Source: a virus (lineage: Duplodnaviria > Caudoviricetes). Taken from it: a stretch of 25,011 nucleotides of DNA. The position numbers were made by a program, and so were the translations under genes. Below the pieces are notes generated by a model that saw nothing but the letters and a program-made list of their open reading frames with translations, did not search any database and had not been told where the DNA came from. The stretch's first letter is position 1. The number at the start of each line of letters is the position of its first letter. Positions 8,199 to 17,680 of this stretch are shown here, piece after piece. The stretch is taken from the IMG/VR virus record IMGVR_UViG_3300031689_000051, positions 1 through 25,011 of that record; one strand, 5' to 3'.

Positions 8199-8806
8199 TA
8201 TGCTTGACCACTCATCGTGTGATTAACATAGAGTGTCAAAGTATCAGTATTTGTTTTATGGAAATTAGATGGACTTACAAAGTTCCAATGAGTCAAAATT
8301 TTACTACCTGCTGTAACACTGTCACCTGATGCATCAGCAGTATCGATAATACATCCACCAGTAATTGCTGCTCCTGAACTTGTATTAATTTGTGCTGTAG
8401 TCCATGCAAATTTATATGTTATTGCATCTACGTCTTTACCAGTATTCTCTGAAGTTACATCATTTACTTTTGGAAATCCAGCAACACAGTCTTGTACTGC
8501 TCCACTTGTAACTATTGGGGTAGTAACATCACCATAATCTTCACCTTTTACAATAGTATCTGGAGCTGGGGTTGAAGCTGTTCCTGGGTTTTGAAGGACA
8601 CATGCTGCTGTCCAAAAGTTAGGATCTGGTAGTGTTGTTAATGATGGATCTATTCCTGCTCTAGTAGCATAGTAAATATCACCGTCATCTGTTACTTGAT
8701 TTTTACCATATAGCCATGTCTTATTACCGTTTTCATCGGTCTTTACAACACAGATATTTAATTTAGGATTAATTGTATTAGTTTGTGGGGTTTTGCTCCA
8801 GAACAT
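8198..8806 (-). CDS. Putative baseplate/fibre-anchoring protein (start re-assigned from 8815 to 8806)
   Basis: Lies between hub and fibre; beta-rich with KNQVTDDG..YYA and KTNTDTLTLYVNH; TATA spacing favours the ATG at 8806. Confidence 0.55.
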   Translation of the reverse strand: MFWSKTPQTNTINPKLNICVVKTDENGNKTWLYGKNQVTDDGDIYYATRAGIDPSLTTLPDPNFWTAACVLQNPGTASTPAPDTIVKGEDYGDVTTPIVTSGAVQDCVAGFPKVNDVTSENTGKDVDAITYKFAWTTAQINTSSGAAITGGCIIDTADASGDSVTAGSKILTHWNFVSPSNFHKTNTDTLTLYVNHTMSGQA

Positions 8807-8827
8807 ATCTAACATATTGTAATTAAG

Positions 8828-8836
8828 TATATAAAG
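8828..8836 (-). promoter_or_regulatory. Archaeal TATA box for the 8806 gene
   Basis: CTTTATATA ending 21 nt before the ATG at 8806. Confidence 0.75.
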
Positions 8837-8844
8837 ATTATTAT

Positions 8845-11028
8845 CTAGTACTTGGTAATAGATACAGATGAATCCAATGATCTTAATGAGTCAATAGTCT
8901 GTTTTTCAACATCAAACCCACTGAACATATATTCACCTAACTCTATGACTGTAAGAGTTTGAGGATATGAATATTCTATTGATCTTACAACTTTATCTGT
9001 TGTACCTGTACTATCAGTATACCTAACTTTTTGACCAACTGTTAGACTATTTACTAAACTTGATGTAATTGCTCTTTCTCTTGTATTTATATCTTTAAAA
9101 TCAGCAATATAATTAGTATTAAATGTTGCAATATCAAATCCACTTGCAAGTTGTGGAACATGAAAATTCCTATGATATACACCATTAGTTGTAATAGAAG
9201 TTGAATCTTGTTTATGTTGTGTTGTTGACCATTGTAAAGAACTACCACCAAAAGTTGCAAAGTCAGCTTTTCTATATGTATATGTGTATTCATATATCAT
9301 CACATAAGCATGGTTACTGGTATCATCTTCATTCCAAAATTGAACAGTATTATCATCATTTAATCTAAATGTATTAGAACCAAATGAACTAGATACTGCA
9401 TTAGAAAGTTGATCAGATTCAGCAAATATTTCAACTCCATCCCTAGTAACTTTAATTATTCTTTCAACAACTGGAGTATAACCTGTTGTTTCTGTCCAAG
9501 ATTGTGAAGCAGTCCAAGTATATTGTGCTGAGTGAGTTAAAGTTCCAAAGTCTTTTGAATGTGTATATAATTTTTTTCTACCAGTTGTAAACATTGAGTT
9601 AGTAGTACCTGTATCATCTTTACCTGAATCAACAATATCATAATTTTGATTACTTATAACTTGGTTAGTTTCAGTTTCCTGACTAATAAATAAAACCTTT
9701 CTAGGTGTAACAACAAACATATGATCATCACCATCAACCATCATCATCACTTTAATAATATCTAAAAGTGAACCTTCTGCAAAAAAGTCACCTTGAAAAC
9801 TAGTACTAGGATCTCTTGAAAAATAAGTATAAACACCACCATCAACATATTTTAATATATCTGTAAGTATATCCTCCATTTGTGGTCTAGTATTTACATT
9901 TGCACCTGATTGATAATATCTATTATACGATCTTGCTCCTGGAGACACACTTCCAATATTAGTATCTAAAGGAGTACCACCAAATGTATTACTGGTTATA
10001 TGTGTGCCTAAAAGTTCTTTTGCAAAACTACTACATGATAATTTTTTAGTACTCCCTTTATCTTCAACCTTCCAAATTCTTCCACCAAATTTCATTGTAG
10101 TGTTTACAGGTTTACTGATTCGTAATTTTTTTACTTCATCATCTAGTAATACAGTGTTATAAAATCTAAATTGTATTGGTACACCATACCAACCTGTACT
10201 AGCAAGGTATGCACTAGTACTTTCATTATACTCTTTAAAAAAGTGAATGTTTTGATTAGAGTTAAGATTACCAGCATTAGTACTATTTGTTAATGTTTTT
10301 TCAACCCCATCTAAATATAGATTGAATACCCCCCCTTGTCTTGAGATTCTTACAAACGTTACTACACCATTAGTTGTTATACTACCTGCAACCATTATTG
10401 TTTCAGTTGTTCCATCATCTGCGGTAATAGTTATGTTAGTACTAGTTGGGTTTATGACTATTTTTAACCCTACACCACTTAATGTAGCATGATCATAATT
10501 ATCAAATAATGTTTGACCATCTGTAGCATTAGTTGTTTTAAATTGAAAAATCATATCAAAGTCACCTGACATATCAATTACTGGTATTTTTGATACACTT
10601 GTATCATTATTCTTAAACTTCTTTTCTATCTGTACACCGTCATTTGAACCAGCATTAATATTAAATTTATAATATCCTTTATGTGCCCAATCAATTTCAG
10701 ATATACTACTTACTAATGTACTATTAACACAATTAGGCATTGTATGGAAATCCCCTGCATAAACATCATCATGTTCATAACCACTTTCATCTCTGAATCC
10801 ACCATAGAAATTCCATACTGCTTTGAGATTGGTAACATCTAATACATCTTGAATATAGAATATTTCATCACCTTGTTCAACTATATGTTCACCAGATAAC
10901 ATCATAGTCATACTATCAGATGCTCTTAATCCTTCTTGTAATACATTTACGGACTTTGGGGTTGTCATTATTCTATTTGTCATGGAACCCCCACTTCTTC
11001 TGATTGCAACTGCTTTTACATTAGGCAT
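8845..11028 (-). CDS. Baseplate hub/tail tip (Tal-like) protein with inserted LamG domain
   Basis: Second gene after the TMP; hub-like VEQGDEI...FGGRIWKV and C-terminal LTVGQKV...IEYSYP...IELG; LamG-like LKAVWNF...LYLDG...FRFYNTVL. Confidence 0.65.
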   Translation of the reverse strand: MPNVKAVAIRRSGGSMTNRIMTTPKSVNVLQEGLRASDSMTMMLSGEHIVEQGDEIFYIQDVLDVTNLKAVWNFYGGFRDESGYEHDDVYAGDFHTMPNCVNSTLVSSISEIDWAHKGYYKFNINAGSNDGVQIEKKFKNNDTSVSKIPVIDMSGDFDMIFQFKTTNATDGQTLFDNYDHATLSGVGLKIVINPTSTNITITADDGTTETIMVAGSITTNGVVTFVRISRQGGVFNLYLDGVEKTLTNSTNAGNLNSNQNIHFFKEYNESTSAYLASTGWYGVPIQFRFYNTVLLDDEVKKLRISKPVNTTMKFGGRIWKVEDKGSTKKLSCSSFAKELLGTHITSNTFGGTPLDTNIGSVSPGARSYNRYYQSGANVNTRPQMEDILTDILKYVDGGVYTYFSRDPSTSFQGDFFAEGSLLDIIKVMMMVDGDDHMFVVTPRKVLFISQETETNQVISNQNYDIVDSGKDDTGTTNSMFTTGRKKLYTHSKDFGTLTHSAQYTWTASQSWTETTGYTPVVERIIKVTRDGVEIFAESDQLSNAVSSSFGSNTFRLNDDNTVQFWNEDDTSNHAYVMIYEYTYTYRKADFATFGGSSLQWSTTQHKQDSTSITTNGVYHRNFHVPQLASGFDIATFNTNYIADFKDINTRERAITSSLVNSLTVGQKVRYTDSTGTTDKVVRSIEYSYPQTLTVIELGEYMFSGFDVEKQTIDSLRSLDSSVSITKY

Positions 11029-11030
11029 TA

Positions 11031-11834
11031 TTATGTCACCGTTACTGTTGAAGACTCGGTTGATGATCTACCAGTTTTATAATATTGTGTACCTGAATCT
11101 TCACTAAATCCATTTAACTCAGCTAATCTGAATTTATACAATCCTGCTGTTAGACCTGTTAATTCGACTACACTAGTTGCGGCAGTTGCAAATTCCCATG
11201 CACCGTTATCTTTTGCATATTTTATTTTAACTCCTGTAACTGCGGCTGTTCCTGTTGGTACTGTTGCATGTCCACTATATGGAACATATGAATATGTGAT
11301 TTTTTGTGCACCACCTGTTATTGTTACACTATCTGGGGCTGGTGGTATATCTGCTTCAAGTACTGCAACAGCGTTTCCTACATAAAATGAACAATTCACA
11401 TTCCAAACTACTGGAGAACTTCCACTTACACTAAAACTCATATTATTTATAACTCCTTCATCTAACAATAACTCTCCATCATTATCATCAGTAACTAACA
11501 CTGCATATGCATCTGAGACTGATATTGGAACAAACTCCTCTTTAAATTCTTTAATTTGTTTATAAACTGTTTTACTAGCATCAGGTGTAAAAACACGAGT
11601 TACATAATTTATATGACCAAAATACGCACCTTCAGTCATTGTCCACGATATGTCAAGTTTCGCTGTATTACCTTCCATTTTTATTAATATGTTTTCTTCA
11701 TGACTGTCTTCAGGTAATGGCATTGGTGTAACAGGTGTATCTACTGTCCAATTTAAATTATTAAGATTACCTATCAAGTATGCAGGGTATGTAGTATTAC
11801 CTCCAACAGTTTTAATTAAATATATATTGGTCAT
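11031..11834 (-). CDS. Distal tail (Dit-like) protein with C-terminal FN3-like domain
   Basis: Directly after the TMP with ATGA overlap; beta-rich; C-terminal PPAPDSVT...LTGLTAGLYKFRL. Confidence 0.55.
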   Translation of the reverse strand: MTNIYLIKTVGGNTTYPAYLIGNLNNLNWTVDTPVTPMPLPEDSHEENILIKMEGNTAKLDISWTMTEGAYFGHINYVTRVFTPDASKTVYKQIKEFKEEFVPISVSDAYAVLVTDDNDGELLLDEGVINNMSFSVSGSSPVVWNVNCSFYVGNAVAVLEADIPPAPDSVTITGGAQKITYSYVPYSGHATVPTGTAAVTGVKIKYAKDNGAWEFATAATSVVELTGLTAGLYKFRLAELNGFSEDSGTQYYKTGRSSTESSTVTVT

Positions 11835-13765
11835 AATCTTCCTCGGTTAGCACTTGATTCCTGTATGACTTCTAATATAGTTTTCTTTAATTTTCTTAGA
11901 TCGTTGTCACTACCATTCATAGTTCCTATATTTACAGTTATTCCACCACTTCCACCACCACTTCCATTAGGTGTAACTCTAACATGTTCTGATCCTGATT
12001 CTCCTGCCAAGAATAATGTAGGACTGTTAACCATACCGTCAAATCCATTTGCTGCTGCAACTCCACCAGCCCTTGCCAATAAATCTTTTGTTGCCTGTGA
12101 ATAATTACTTGAAGACACATGACCTTTAGGTGCGTTTGCTGCTTCATATGCTCCTTCACTGATTCCTGCATTTGTAATTGATGATAATTTTCCTTCCATG
12201 GCAGTACCAATAAATCTTGGATTTTCAACATACTGTGCAATTGGTTCTAATGCTTCTGTTATAATTCCACCTGTTGTTACTGAATCTTTCATTATTTGAT
12301 TTTGTTCATTCTGTGCTCTTTCTCTTTCTTCTTTTGCTAATGCATCTGCTGCTTCTTTTCTATCTTTTTTCTCTTGATCAACTGGATACATTCCTGATTC
12401 TTTTTCTATTGCTTCCCAATCAGGCTCTTCAGGAAGTGGTGGTGTTTTACCGTTAAACATTGGATTTTCACCACTCATATCCCATTCTACACTTGTTCCA
12501 TTTGTTGAAGTTTCATCTGGATTATCAATATCAGATTCTGGAGTTTCACCAGCAGCATCAAATAGACCAACATTACCTGCTTTATAATCTGCTTCTTTTC
12601 TTCTTTTTTCTTCTTCCCACCATTTATCATTTTCAGTAAGGAAATTATATGGATTTGGAGCATTGTCATCATCATCTCCATCTAAAATTCCATCTCCATC
12701 CTTATCTCCAAGACCACCAGGAGTTTTACCAGTAATAAAGTCTTTTAGAGCCTCTGCAATTTTTGCTGGTGTTAACTCCGTTATCCATTTACCAAGTGCA
12801 GTACCTAATAACAACATCTTTGGCATCCATTTTGAAAACATTGGAACTATGAATTTTCTAAGTAACATGATTAATATAGGTCTGAGTAAAGCTCCAAAGA
12901 ATGTACCTATTGGCATGAGAATAAGTGTAACCATAAATTTCATCATCTTCATCATGGATGCAAATAATGGAGAAGCACTAAGAGCCTTTACAATTATACT
13001 CATGAATATACCAGCTACACCAATTCCTATTCCAATAGGAACTGCCTTCTTACCTAGGAAATCTCCCAACTTTGATAACTTTTCAAACATTGGTTTAAAC
13101 ATACCTTGAGTTCCTTGGGCAGGTTTGGTTGCTGCTAACACTCCCTCTTCTGCACTTTGATGAGCTGATTGAGCAATTTTAAGAGCATCGTCTGCATTTC
13201 TTTTGGCTTCTTTATCATCACTACCATGTAAATTATTAACAGTATCAGTTTTTAATTGTAATTGTGCTGCTGTATCTGCACGTTTTTTATTTGCAATTTC
13301 TAATTCTTGATAACTTCTAGTCATACCAGCCATTTTTTTAACTGTTGTTCCTATGGCTGATTGAAAACCAGCTCCACCAGTTATTGCCTTTTTTACGTTA
13401 TTTAACGCATCATTGAAATTATCCATATTATGTCTCAAGTTAATATTTCTTCTTACTTGTGCACCGTGCTCTTTTTCTTGTTGCATGTTTAATTTATGTC
13501 TAAGGCGTACAAGATATTCATCTGCTGCTTTTAATCTCTCCTTTGTTTCTAAAGACTTTATTCCTAAATCAGTTTCTTTTTTTACATCTTTTGAACGTCG
13601 TAGTGATGTTAAATTATCAGATGCACCCTGCTCAATTGCTTTCCCCCATATTGCAAGAGCTTGTACTTGAACACCATTTAAAGCCTCAGTAGTTTTATAA
13701 AGTTTAGTTTGAATTTGAGTAAACATTTCATGCTGTCTATCTTCAGCTTCTTGATATTTAGTCAT
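11831..13765 (-). CDS. Tape measure protein
   Basis: Follows the chaperone; helical N-half, hydrophobic central segments, C-terminal AANGFDGMVNSPTLFLAGESGSEHVRVTP motif typical of TMPs. Confidence 0.85.
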   Translation of the reverse strand: MTKYQEAEDRQHEMFTQIQTKLYKTTEALNGVQVQALAIWGKAIEQGASDNLTSLRRSKDVKKETDLGIKSLETKERLKAADEYLVRLRHKLNMQQEKEHGAQVRRNINLRHNMDNFNDALNNVKKAITGGAGFQSAIGTTVKKMAGMTRSYQELEIANKKRADTAAQLQLKTDTVNNLHGSDDKEAKRNADDALKIAQSAHQSAEEGVLAATKPAQGTQGMFKPMFEKLSKLGDFLGKKAVPIGIGIGVAGIFMSIIVKALSASPLFASMMKMMKFMVTLILMPIGTFFGALLRPILIMLLRKFIVPMFSKWMPKMLLLGTALGKWITELTPAKIAEALKDFITGKTPGGLGDKDGDGILDGDDDDNAPNPYNFLTENDKWWEEEKRRKEADYKAGNVGLFDAAGETPESDIDNPDETSTNGTSVEWDMSGENPMFNGKTPPLPEEPDWEAIEKESGMYPVDQEKKDRKEAADALAKEERERAQNEQNQIMKDSVTTGGIITEALEPIAQYVENPRFIGTAMEGKLSSITNAGISEGAYEAANAPKGHVSSSNYSQATKDLLARAGGVAAANGFDGMVNSPTLFLAGESGSEHVRVTPNGSGGGSGGITVNIGTMNGSDNDLRKLKKTILEVIQESSANRGRL

Positions 13766-13785
13766 ATTATATAAGTATTATATTT

Positions 13786-14031
13786 CTATTTAAAGTTTTT
13801 ACTCATATTCTTAGATATTGGAGGCATTGCACCCTTATTAGAAGCTTCATTCATCATATTATGATGTGTAGCAAATAATTTCTTTAAATAACCTATTTCT
13901 TGCCTATCGACTGTTTCTTTGTCCCAGCAGAATTGTGTGGCACAGTGGTAGTAGATGGCATATCTAAATTTTTCATATCCTGTGAGCTCATGAATGTTTC
14001 CATCCAGTCCTCGATATAGGTCGTTAAAGGG
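13786..14031 (-). CDS. -1 frame extension of the tail assembly chaperone (gpT-like; fusion about 173 aa)
   Basis: Open -1 frame reading ...YEKFRYAIYYHCATQFCWDKETVDRQEIGYLKKLFATHH...KNFK*; in-frame slippery heptamers C CCT TTA (14031-14025) and A AAT TTA (13971-13965). Confidence 0.75.
   Translation of the reverse strand, partial: PFNDLYRGLDGNIHELTGYEKFRYAIYYHCATQFCWDKETVDRQEIGYLKKLFATHHNMMNEASNKGAMPPISKNMSKNFK
13787..13795 (-). promoter_or_regulatory. Archaeal TATA box for TMP-Dit-hub
   Basis: CTTTAAATA ending 21 nt before the ATG at 13765; overlaps the end of the -1 frame extension. Confidence 0.75.
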
Positions 14032-14306
14032 TGTATTTTTACTATCTCCTTTAGTATTGATTTAATGACTTTAGAATCAGTCATTTTTATTGTTGTTACA
14101 TCACCAATTTTAAAAGGTGCTTTTTTAATTGTTAATACTAGTAAGTTTATTCTATATCTTTGTATATCTATTTTAGGTTTTGTAACATCACTAATGTCAA
14201 CAGAATTACCAATTAATGTTTCAGTATCACCGAATGTAAGTGAATCTTCAAATTCAACCACAGCAGGTTTACCATTATAAATAATATCAACTGGTATTAA
14301 AGTCAT
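13893..14306 (-). CDS. Tail assembly chaperone (gpG-like)
   Basis: 137 aa between tube and TMP with an overlapping -1 frame. Confidence 0.8.
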   Translation of the reverse strand: MTLIPVDIIYNGKPAVVEFEDSLTFGDTETLIGNSVDISDVTKPKIDIQRYRINLLVLTIKKAPFKIGDVTTIKMTDSKVIKSILKEIVKIHPLTTYIEDWMETFMSSQDMKNLDMPSTTTVPHNSAGTKKQSIGKK

Positions 14307-14327
14307 TAAAAATTATTAATAGTTGTT

Positions 14328-14336
14328 ATTTATAAG
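14328..14336 (-). promoter_or_regulatory. Archaeal TATA box for the chaperone
   Basis: CTTATAAAT ending 21 nt before the ATG at 14306. Confidence 0.7.
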
Positions 14337-14338
14337 TC

Positions 14339-15400
14339 TTATGCTGATGAATCTACTGTGATTCTAGAAGATTTTGCTTTGAAACTAACATCTTCATATA
14401 ACACTTCGTTTGGCTCAAGTCCACTTGTACTGTGATCAGTTAGTGAAACTCCACCAAATTCTATCAATATTGATTTATTACCATTTGTGAATGTTAATGA
14501 TAATCCAACTCCAGCTGTTCCTGTTAATGTTTCTGTCTCTGTTCCAATAATTGATTGATCAATAACATACTGTAATAATGCACTGTCTTTGAAAGTTGTT
14601 TTAAATCTACCACCAATATCAAATACTTTTCTAAATGAATTTTGTGCATAATGACTACCTAATTCATAAAGTAATTCTGTATTTGTTGCAAATGAAACAT
14701 CTATATCTTGAACATCAAATACTTTAACTAATGCACCTGATGCACCTGTACCTACTTTTACTTCACCATGAGCAAATGTATAAGGAGTCATTGTTGCAGA
14801 ATTAATTGATGCGTGATCTATAAAATTAGTTGCTGCGGTTTCTATAGTAGCAGTACTTTCTTCTGCGAAAACCATATCAATAGTAGCATTTACAACTTCA
14901 CCAATACTTGTATTTAATGACATAGAATTAACAGTACATCCAGTTAATGATCTTGTTTGCATAAGACCTGAACCAACAGTTCCAGAAGTTAACACTTGTA
15001 TTCTAGTTGTTATTGTTGCAGGAGTTTTTACACCTGTTGAGTTTTCACCTAATGCTGTTGGATAAGCAAAAGCAGTTCCTCCTTGAGTTTGTGCTGTACT
15101 ACCACTGTTTTCATAAAGACATCTAAATATTCTATGTGATTCAGTATCATCAAGGACAAAACTAATACCCAAACTTCCTGATTGTTGACCGAAAACGAAT
15201 TTAGTTGGTTCTACTTGACCTAATTTATTAAGAGATGTTTGAGATGTGTTTAATGTTAAACTTGTTACTTTTGCATTTAGACCAAATGTTTTATCTATAG
15301 CTGCTTGAACTGTATTAAATGCTGTTTCAAAACCATATCCAACAGATGCACTACCACCAGTAAGTATGTTTGATACTGTAGATGCTACACGATTGACCAT
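14339..15400 (-). CDS. Major tail (tube) protein
   Basis: Between terminator and chaperone; beta-rich 353 aa; N-terminal VGYGFETAF and GCTVNSMSL patterns resemble tail tube proteins. Confidence 0.8.
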   Translation of the reverse strand: MVNRVASTVSNILTGGSASVGYGFETAFNTVQAAIDKTFGLNAKVTSLTLNTSQTSLNKLGQVEPTKFVFGQQSGSLGISFVLDDTESHRIFRCLYENSGSTAQTQGGTAFAYPTALGENSTGVKTPATITTRIQVLTSGTVGSGLMQTRSLTGCTVNSMSLNTSIGEVVNATIDMVFAEESTATIETAATNFIDHASINSATMTPYTFAHGEVKVGTGASGALVKVFDVQDIDVSFATNTELLYELGSHYAQNSFRKVFDIGGRFKTTFKDSALLQYVIDQSIIGTETETLTGTAGVGLSLTFTNGNKSILIEFGGVSLTDHSTSGLEPNEVLYEDVSFKAKSSRITVDSSA

Positions 15401-15421
15401 GATGTAATGAGGTAGTTAAGG

Positions 15422-15430
15422 TATATAAAG
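15422..15430 (-). promoter_or_regulatory. Archaeal TATA box for the tail tube gene
   Basis: CTTTATATA ending 21 nt before the ATG at 15400, with an A-rich BRE-like run upstream. Confidence 0.8.
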
Positions 15431-15434
15431 ATTT

Positions 15435-15851
15435 TTAAACAGGATTGGCTTTTCTATATGATAGAGTTATAACGTAATCATACATGTTACGGAATTGAAA
15501 GTTTCTACTGTATGAACCTACTACTCTCAAATCAGTATATGTGGTTCCTACTATGTTATCTTTTATGATTTTTACTACCTCTTTTACTACTTTGTTATGT
15601 CTTTTAATATCTTGATAAGTACGAATATCTAATTCTACTATTTGTTCATGCCAAAATGCACTACCACCTAGACCGAAAACTTCTATATTTTCACCTTTTG
15701 GAGATACAATTATTTCATCACTTCTATCATCTATAAATCCAACAGTTCTCTTTTCCCATACTTTAGTGATGTGAGGTGGGCGTAAACTAGACCATTTAGT
15801 TCTTAATAGGTCAATAATATCATCCACTGCATCGTAAGTTGTTATCGTCAT
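15435..15851 (-). CDS. Tail terminator protein
   Basis: 138 aa immediately before the tube; alpha/beta pattern IIDLLRTKW...VELDIRT...VVKII; TAATG coupling. Confidence 0.7.
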   Translation of the reverse strand: MTITTYDAVDDIIDLLRTKWSSLRPPHITKVWEKRTVGFIDDRSDEIIVSPKGENIEVFGLGGSAFWHEQIVELDIRTYQDIKRHNKVVKEVVKIIKDNIVGTTYTDLRVVGSYSRNFQFRNMYDYVITLSYRKANPV

Positions 15852-16669
15852 TAGTCGCTCCCATTATAATCTGGGTCACCACTGCTATAAGAATATTCTT
15901 CTTGAACGTAAGGATTGCCTCTTTCTCCCCAATTTTCAGGTACAGTTTTGTAACTACTAAAAGCACTTGAACCACCACTCTCACCATATTTTCTTCCTTT
16001 TTGACCTTTATTGTAACTTCCATCTGAAGGTCTCATATGTTTAGTATCTCTTTCCCATTCTGTATCAACCATACTACTTGGTTTTCTACCAACATACCAT
16101 ATCTTTCTAGAAACTGCAAATGCTATAGAATTTATCAATCTTTCCATTTTTTTATCATCCCATCCGTTCATTGAATCTTGTTCATACATTGTATTATATT
16201 CTAACTCCAGTTCTCTTTGTGATTTACCTGCAAGTTTGACATCCTCTACCCACTGTCTAATTCCTTGGATATTTGGTTTTCTACCCTCTGTTTGATCAGT
16301 TGTACTAGTTTTACCAGCAGGGTATATTGGTTGTCTCCAAGCATCAGGGTAAGATTCATTCTTTCTAAATATACTACTTTTTAATTGATGGTTAAAATCA
16401 ATATATTGATCTGATGGATCGTTTTTCTTTATATTACCTACTGGATTCTGAAGACCTTCAAGATATTTTAGTAATGCAAAATCACTCATATCCTCATTAA
16501 ATGCTTTTATAGTATTTCCTTTTGGGACTTTAAATGCTACGCCTTTTACTACTAATTCATCTTGAGTTTCTGCCTCCCCGTTCAAAGCTCTAGCGTTCAA
16601 GTTATCTTCCTCTTGTGCTCTTCTAGCTAATTTCATAGCCTTAAGACGTCTATATCTTACACCTCTCAA
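15851..16669 (-). CDS. Putative neck/tail-completion protein (HK97 gp10-like position)
   Basis: Between adaptor and terminator; KPNIQGIRQWV...AFAVSRKIWYVGRKP resembles this class; TTG start overlaps the adaptor stop. Confidence 0.5.
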   Translation of the reverse strand: MRGVRYRRLKAMKLARRAQEEDNLNARALNGEAETQDELVVKGVAFKVPKGNTIKAFNEDMSDFALLKYLEGLQNPVGNIKKNDPSDQYIDFNHQLKSSIFRKNESYPDAWRQPIYPAGKTSTTDQTEGRKPNIQGIRQWVEDVKLAGKSQRELELEYNTMYEQDSMNGWDDKKMERLINSIAFAVSRKIWYVGRKPSSMVDTEWERDTKHMRPSDGSYNKGQKGRKYGESGGSSAFSSYKTVPENWGERGNPYVQEEYSYSSGDPDYNGSD

Positions 16670-17307
16670 GTTATTGTAAACACTTCCCTACGGTTAGATA
16701 TGCATAGGTCTATGTCTTCTTGCCAATACCTTTTAGATTCACTAGGGGATACACTTCCACCACTTGGAATCTCATCCATACGGAATGAAGTATTCATGAC
16801 TTCTATTGAGGTCATTTTAATTATTGCATCTGCAATATCTAATGGTACTACTGTATCACCTGCAAAATCCTCTCCACCATAACGGTAAGTAACTCTAATT
16901 CGATTATGTCTTAAAATTGTAAATAAGAATCCTCGAAGAAATAAAGTTCCATATACAGGTTCTATGTTATACCATTGTGTGTTACCAAGAATATTTTCCC
17001 ATGTATCTGATTCACCTTTGAATATTTCTATCTTATCACCTGCTGATAAATCAAAATCTAGTATGTGTCTATGTTTTAAGAAAACTGGTGTACCCCAACC
17101 AAATGTGTATAGTAGAGGTAAATTATGAGTTTCTTTTGTAATTTTTTTTGTTTTCCAAGTATGACCTATTCTTCTGTCTAATTCCTCTTCTTTTCTAGCA
17201 ATGATTTTACGAACCATCTCCTTGTTTGGAGTGGTAGTACTAGTTATAGGAACTCTTAAGAAATCACTAATATCTCCGACAGTACAATATGTAGTTGTAG
17301 TAACCAT
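16666..17307 (-). CDS. Head-tail adaptor protein (HK97 gp6/SPP1 gp15-like)
   Basis: YCTVGDI start, EEELDRRIG, IRVTYRYG...VPLDIADAIIKM. Confidence 0.8.
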   Translation of the reverse strand: MVTTTTYCTVGDISDFLRVPITSTTTPNKEMVRKIIARKEEELDRRIGHTWKTKKITKETHNLPLLYTFGWGTPVFLKHRHILDFDLSAGDKIEIFKGESDTWENILGNTQWYNIEPVYGTLFLRGFLFTILRHNRIRVTYRYGGEDFAGDTVVPLDIADAIIKMTSIEVMNTSFRMDEIPSGGSVSPSESKRYWQEDIDLCISNRREVFTIT

Positions 17308-17331
17308 ACATTAATATATAAAGTCACTTGA

Positions 17332-17340
17332 TATTTAAAG
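17332..17340 (-). promoter_or_regulatory. Archaeal TATA box for adaptor-neck-terminator
   Basis: CTTTAAATA ending 24 nt before the ATG at 17307; a second TATA-like box at 17315-17323 is too close to the ATG. Confidence 0.6.
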
Positions 17341-17342
17341 AT

Positions 17343-17615
17343 TTATTTAAACACTGTTATGTATCTAGCGGTAGTACCAGTAACTTCTGCATAAATACCT
17401 GCTTCAAATCTTCTAAATACATCTTGTACATGTTGAATACCTTCACCATAGACAGAAAATTCTGCTGGAGCACTTGCATCTGCACCATTATGGAATACTA
17501 CTTTATCTCCTGCTGCACCTGCTTTTGTAACATAGACTGCAACCATTACACCATGTCCTGCTTTAACAGTACCAGATGCGGATATATCTTTTACATTATG
17601 ATTAGTGTAAGTCAT
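17343..17615 (-). CDS. 90-aa beta-rich protein, possibly capsid-associated
   Basis: Own TATA box; between head genes and adaptor; function not recognised. Confidence 0.6.
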   Translation of the reverse strand: MTYTNHNVKDISASGTVKAGHGVMVAVYVTKAGAAGDKVVFHNGADASAPAEFSVYGEGIQHVQDVFRRFEAGIYAEVTGTTARYITVFK

Positions 17616-17636
17616 GATTAATTATTATATCGGTCA

Positions 17637-17645
17637 TATATAAAC
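17637..17645 (-). promoter_or_regulatory. Archaeal TATA box for 17343..17615
   Basis: GTTTATATA ending 21 nt before the ATG at 17615. Confidence 0.75.
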
Positions 17646-17654
17646 ATTATTAAG

Positions 17655-17680
17655 AAAAAAAATATGACTAGGTCTTAGTC
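17655..17680 (-). terminator. Oligo(T) terminator with a mini-hairpin
   Basis: GACTA-AGACC-TAGTC then ATA and T8 directly after the stop at 17680. Confidence 0.65.

Noticed and set aside
3802-16023. Same-strand alternative-frame ORFs 3802..3996, 9087..9293, 11938..12240, 12487..12681 and 15820..16023
   Set aside because: They lie within stronger genes, have off-frame-like composition, and I saw no promoter or slippery site supporting them.
17315-17323. Second perfect TATA-like box before the adaptor gene
   Set aside because: Only 7 nt from the ATG, so it would start transcription inside the gene; 17332-17340 fits better.
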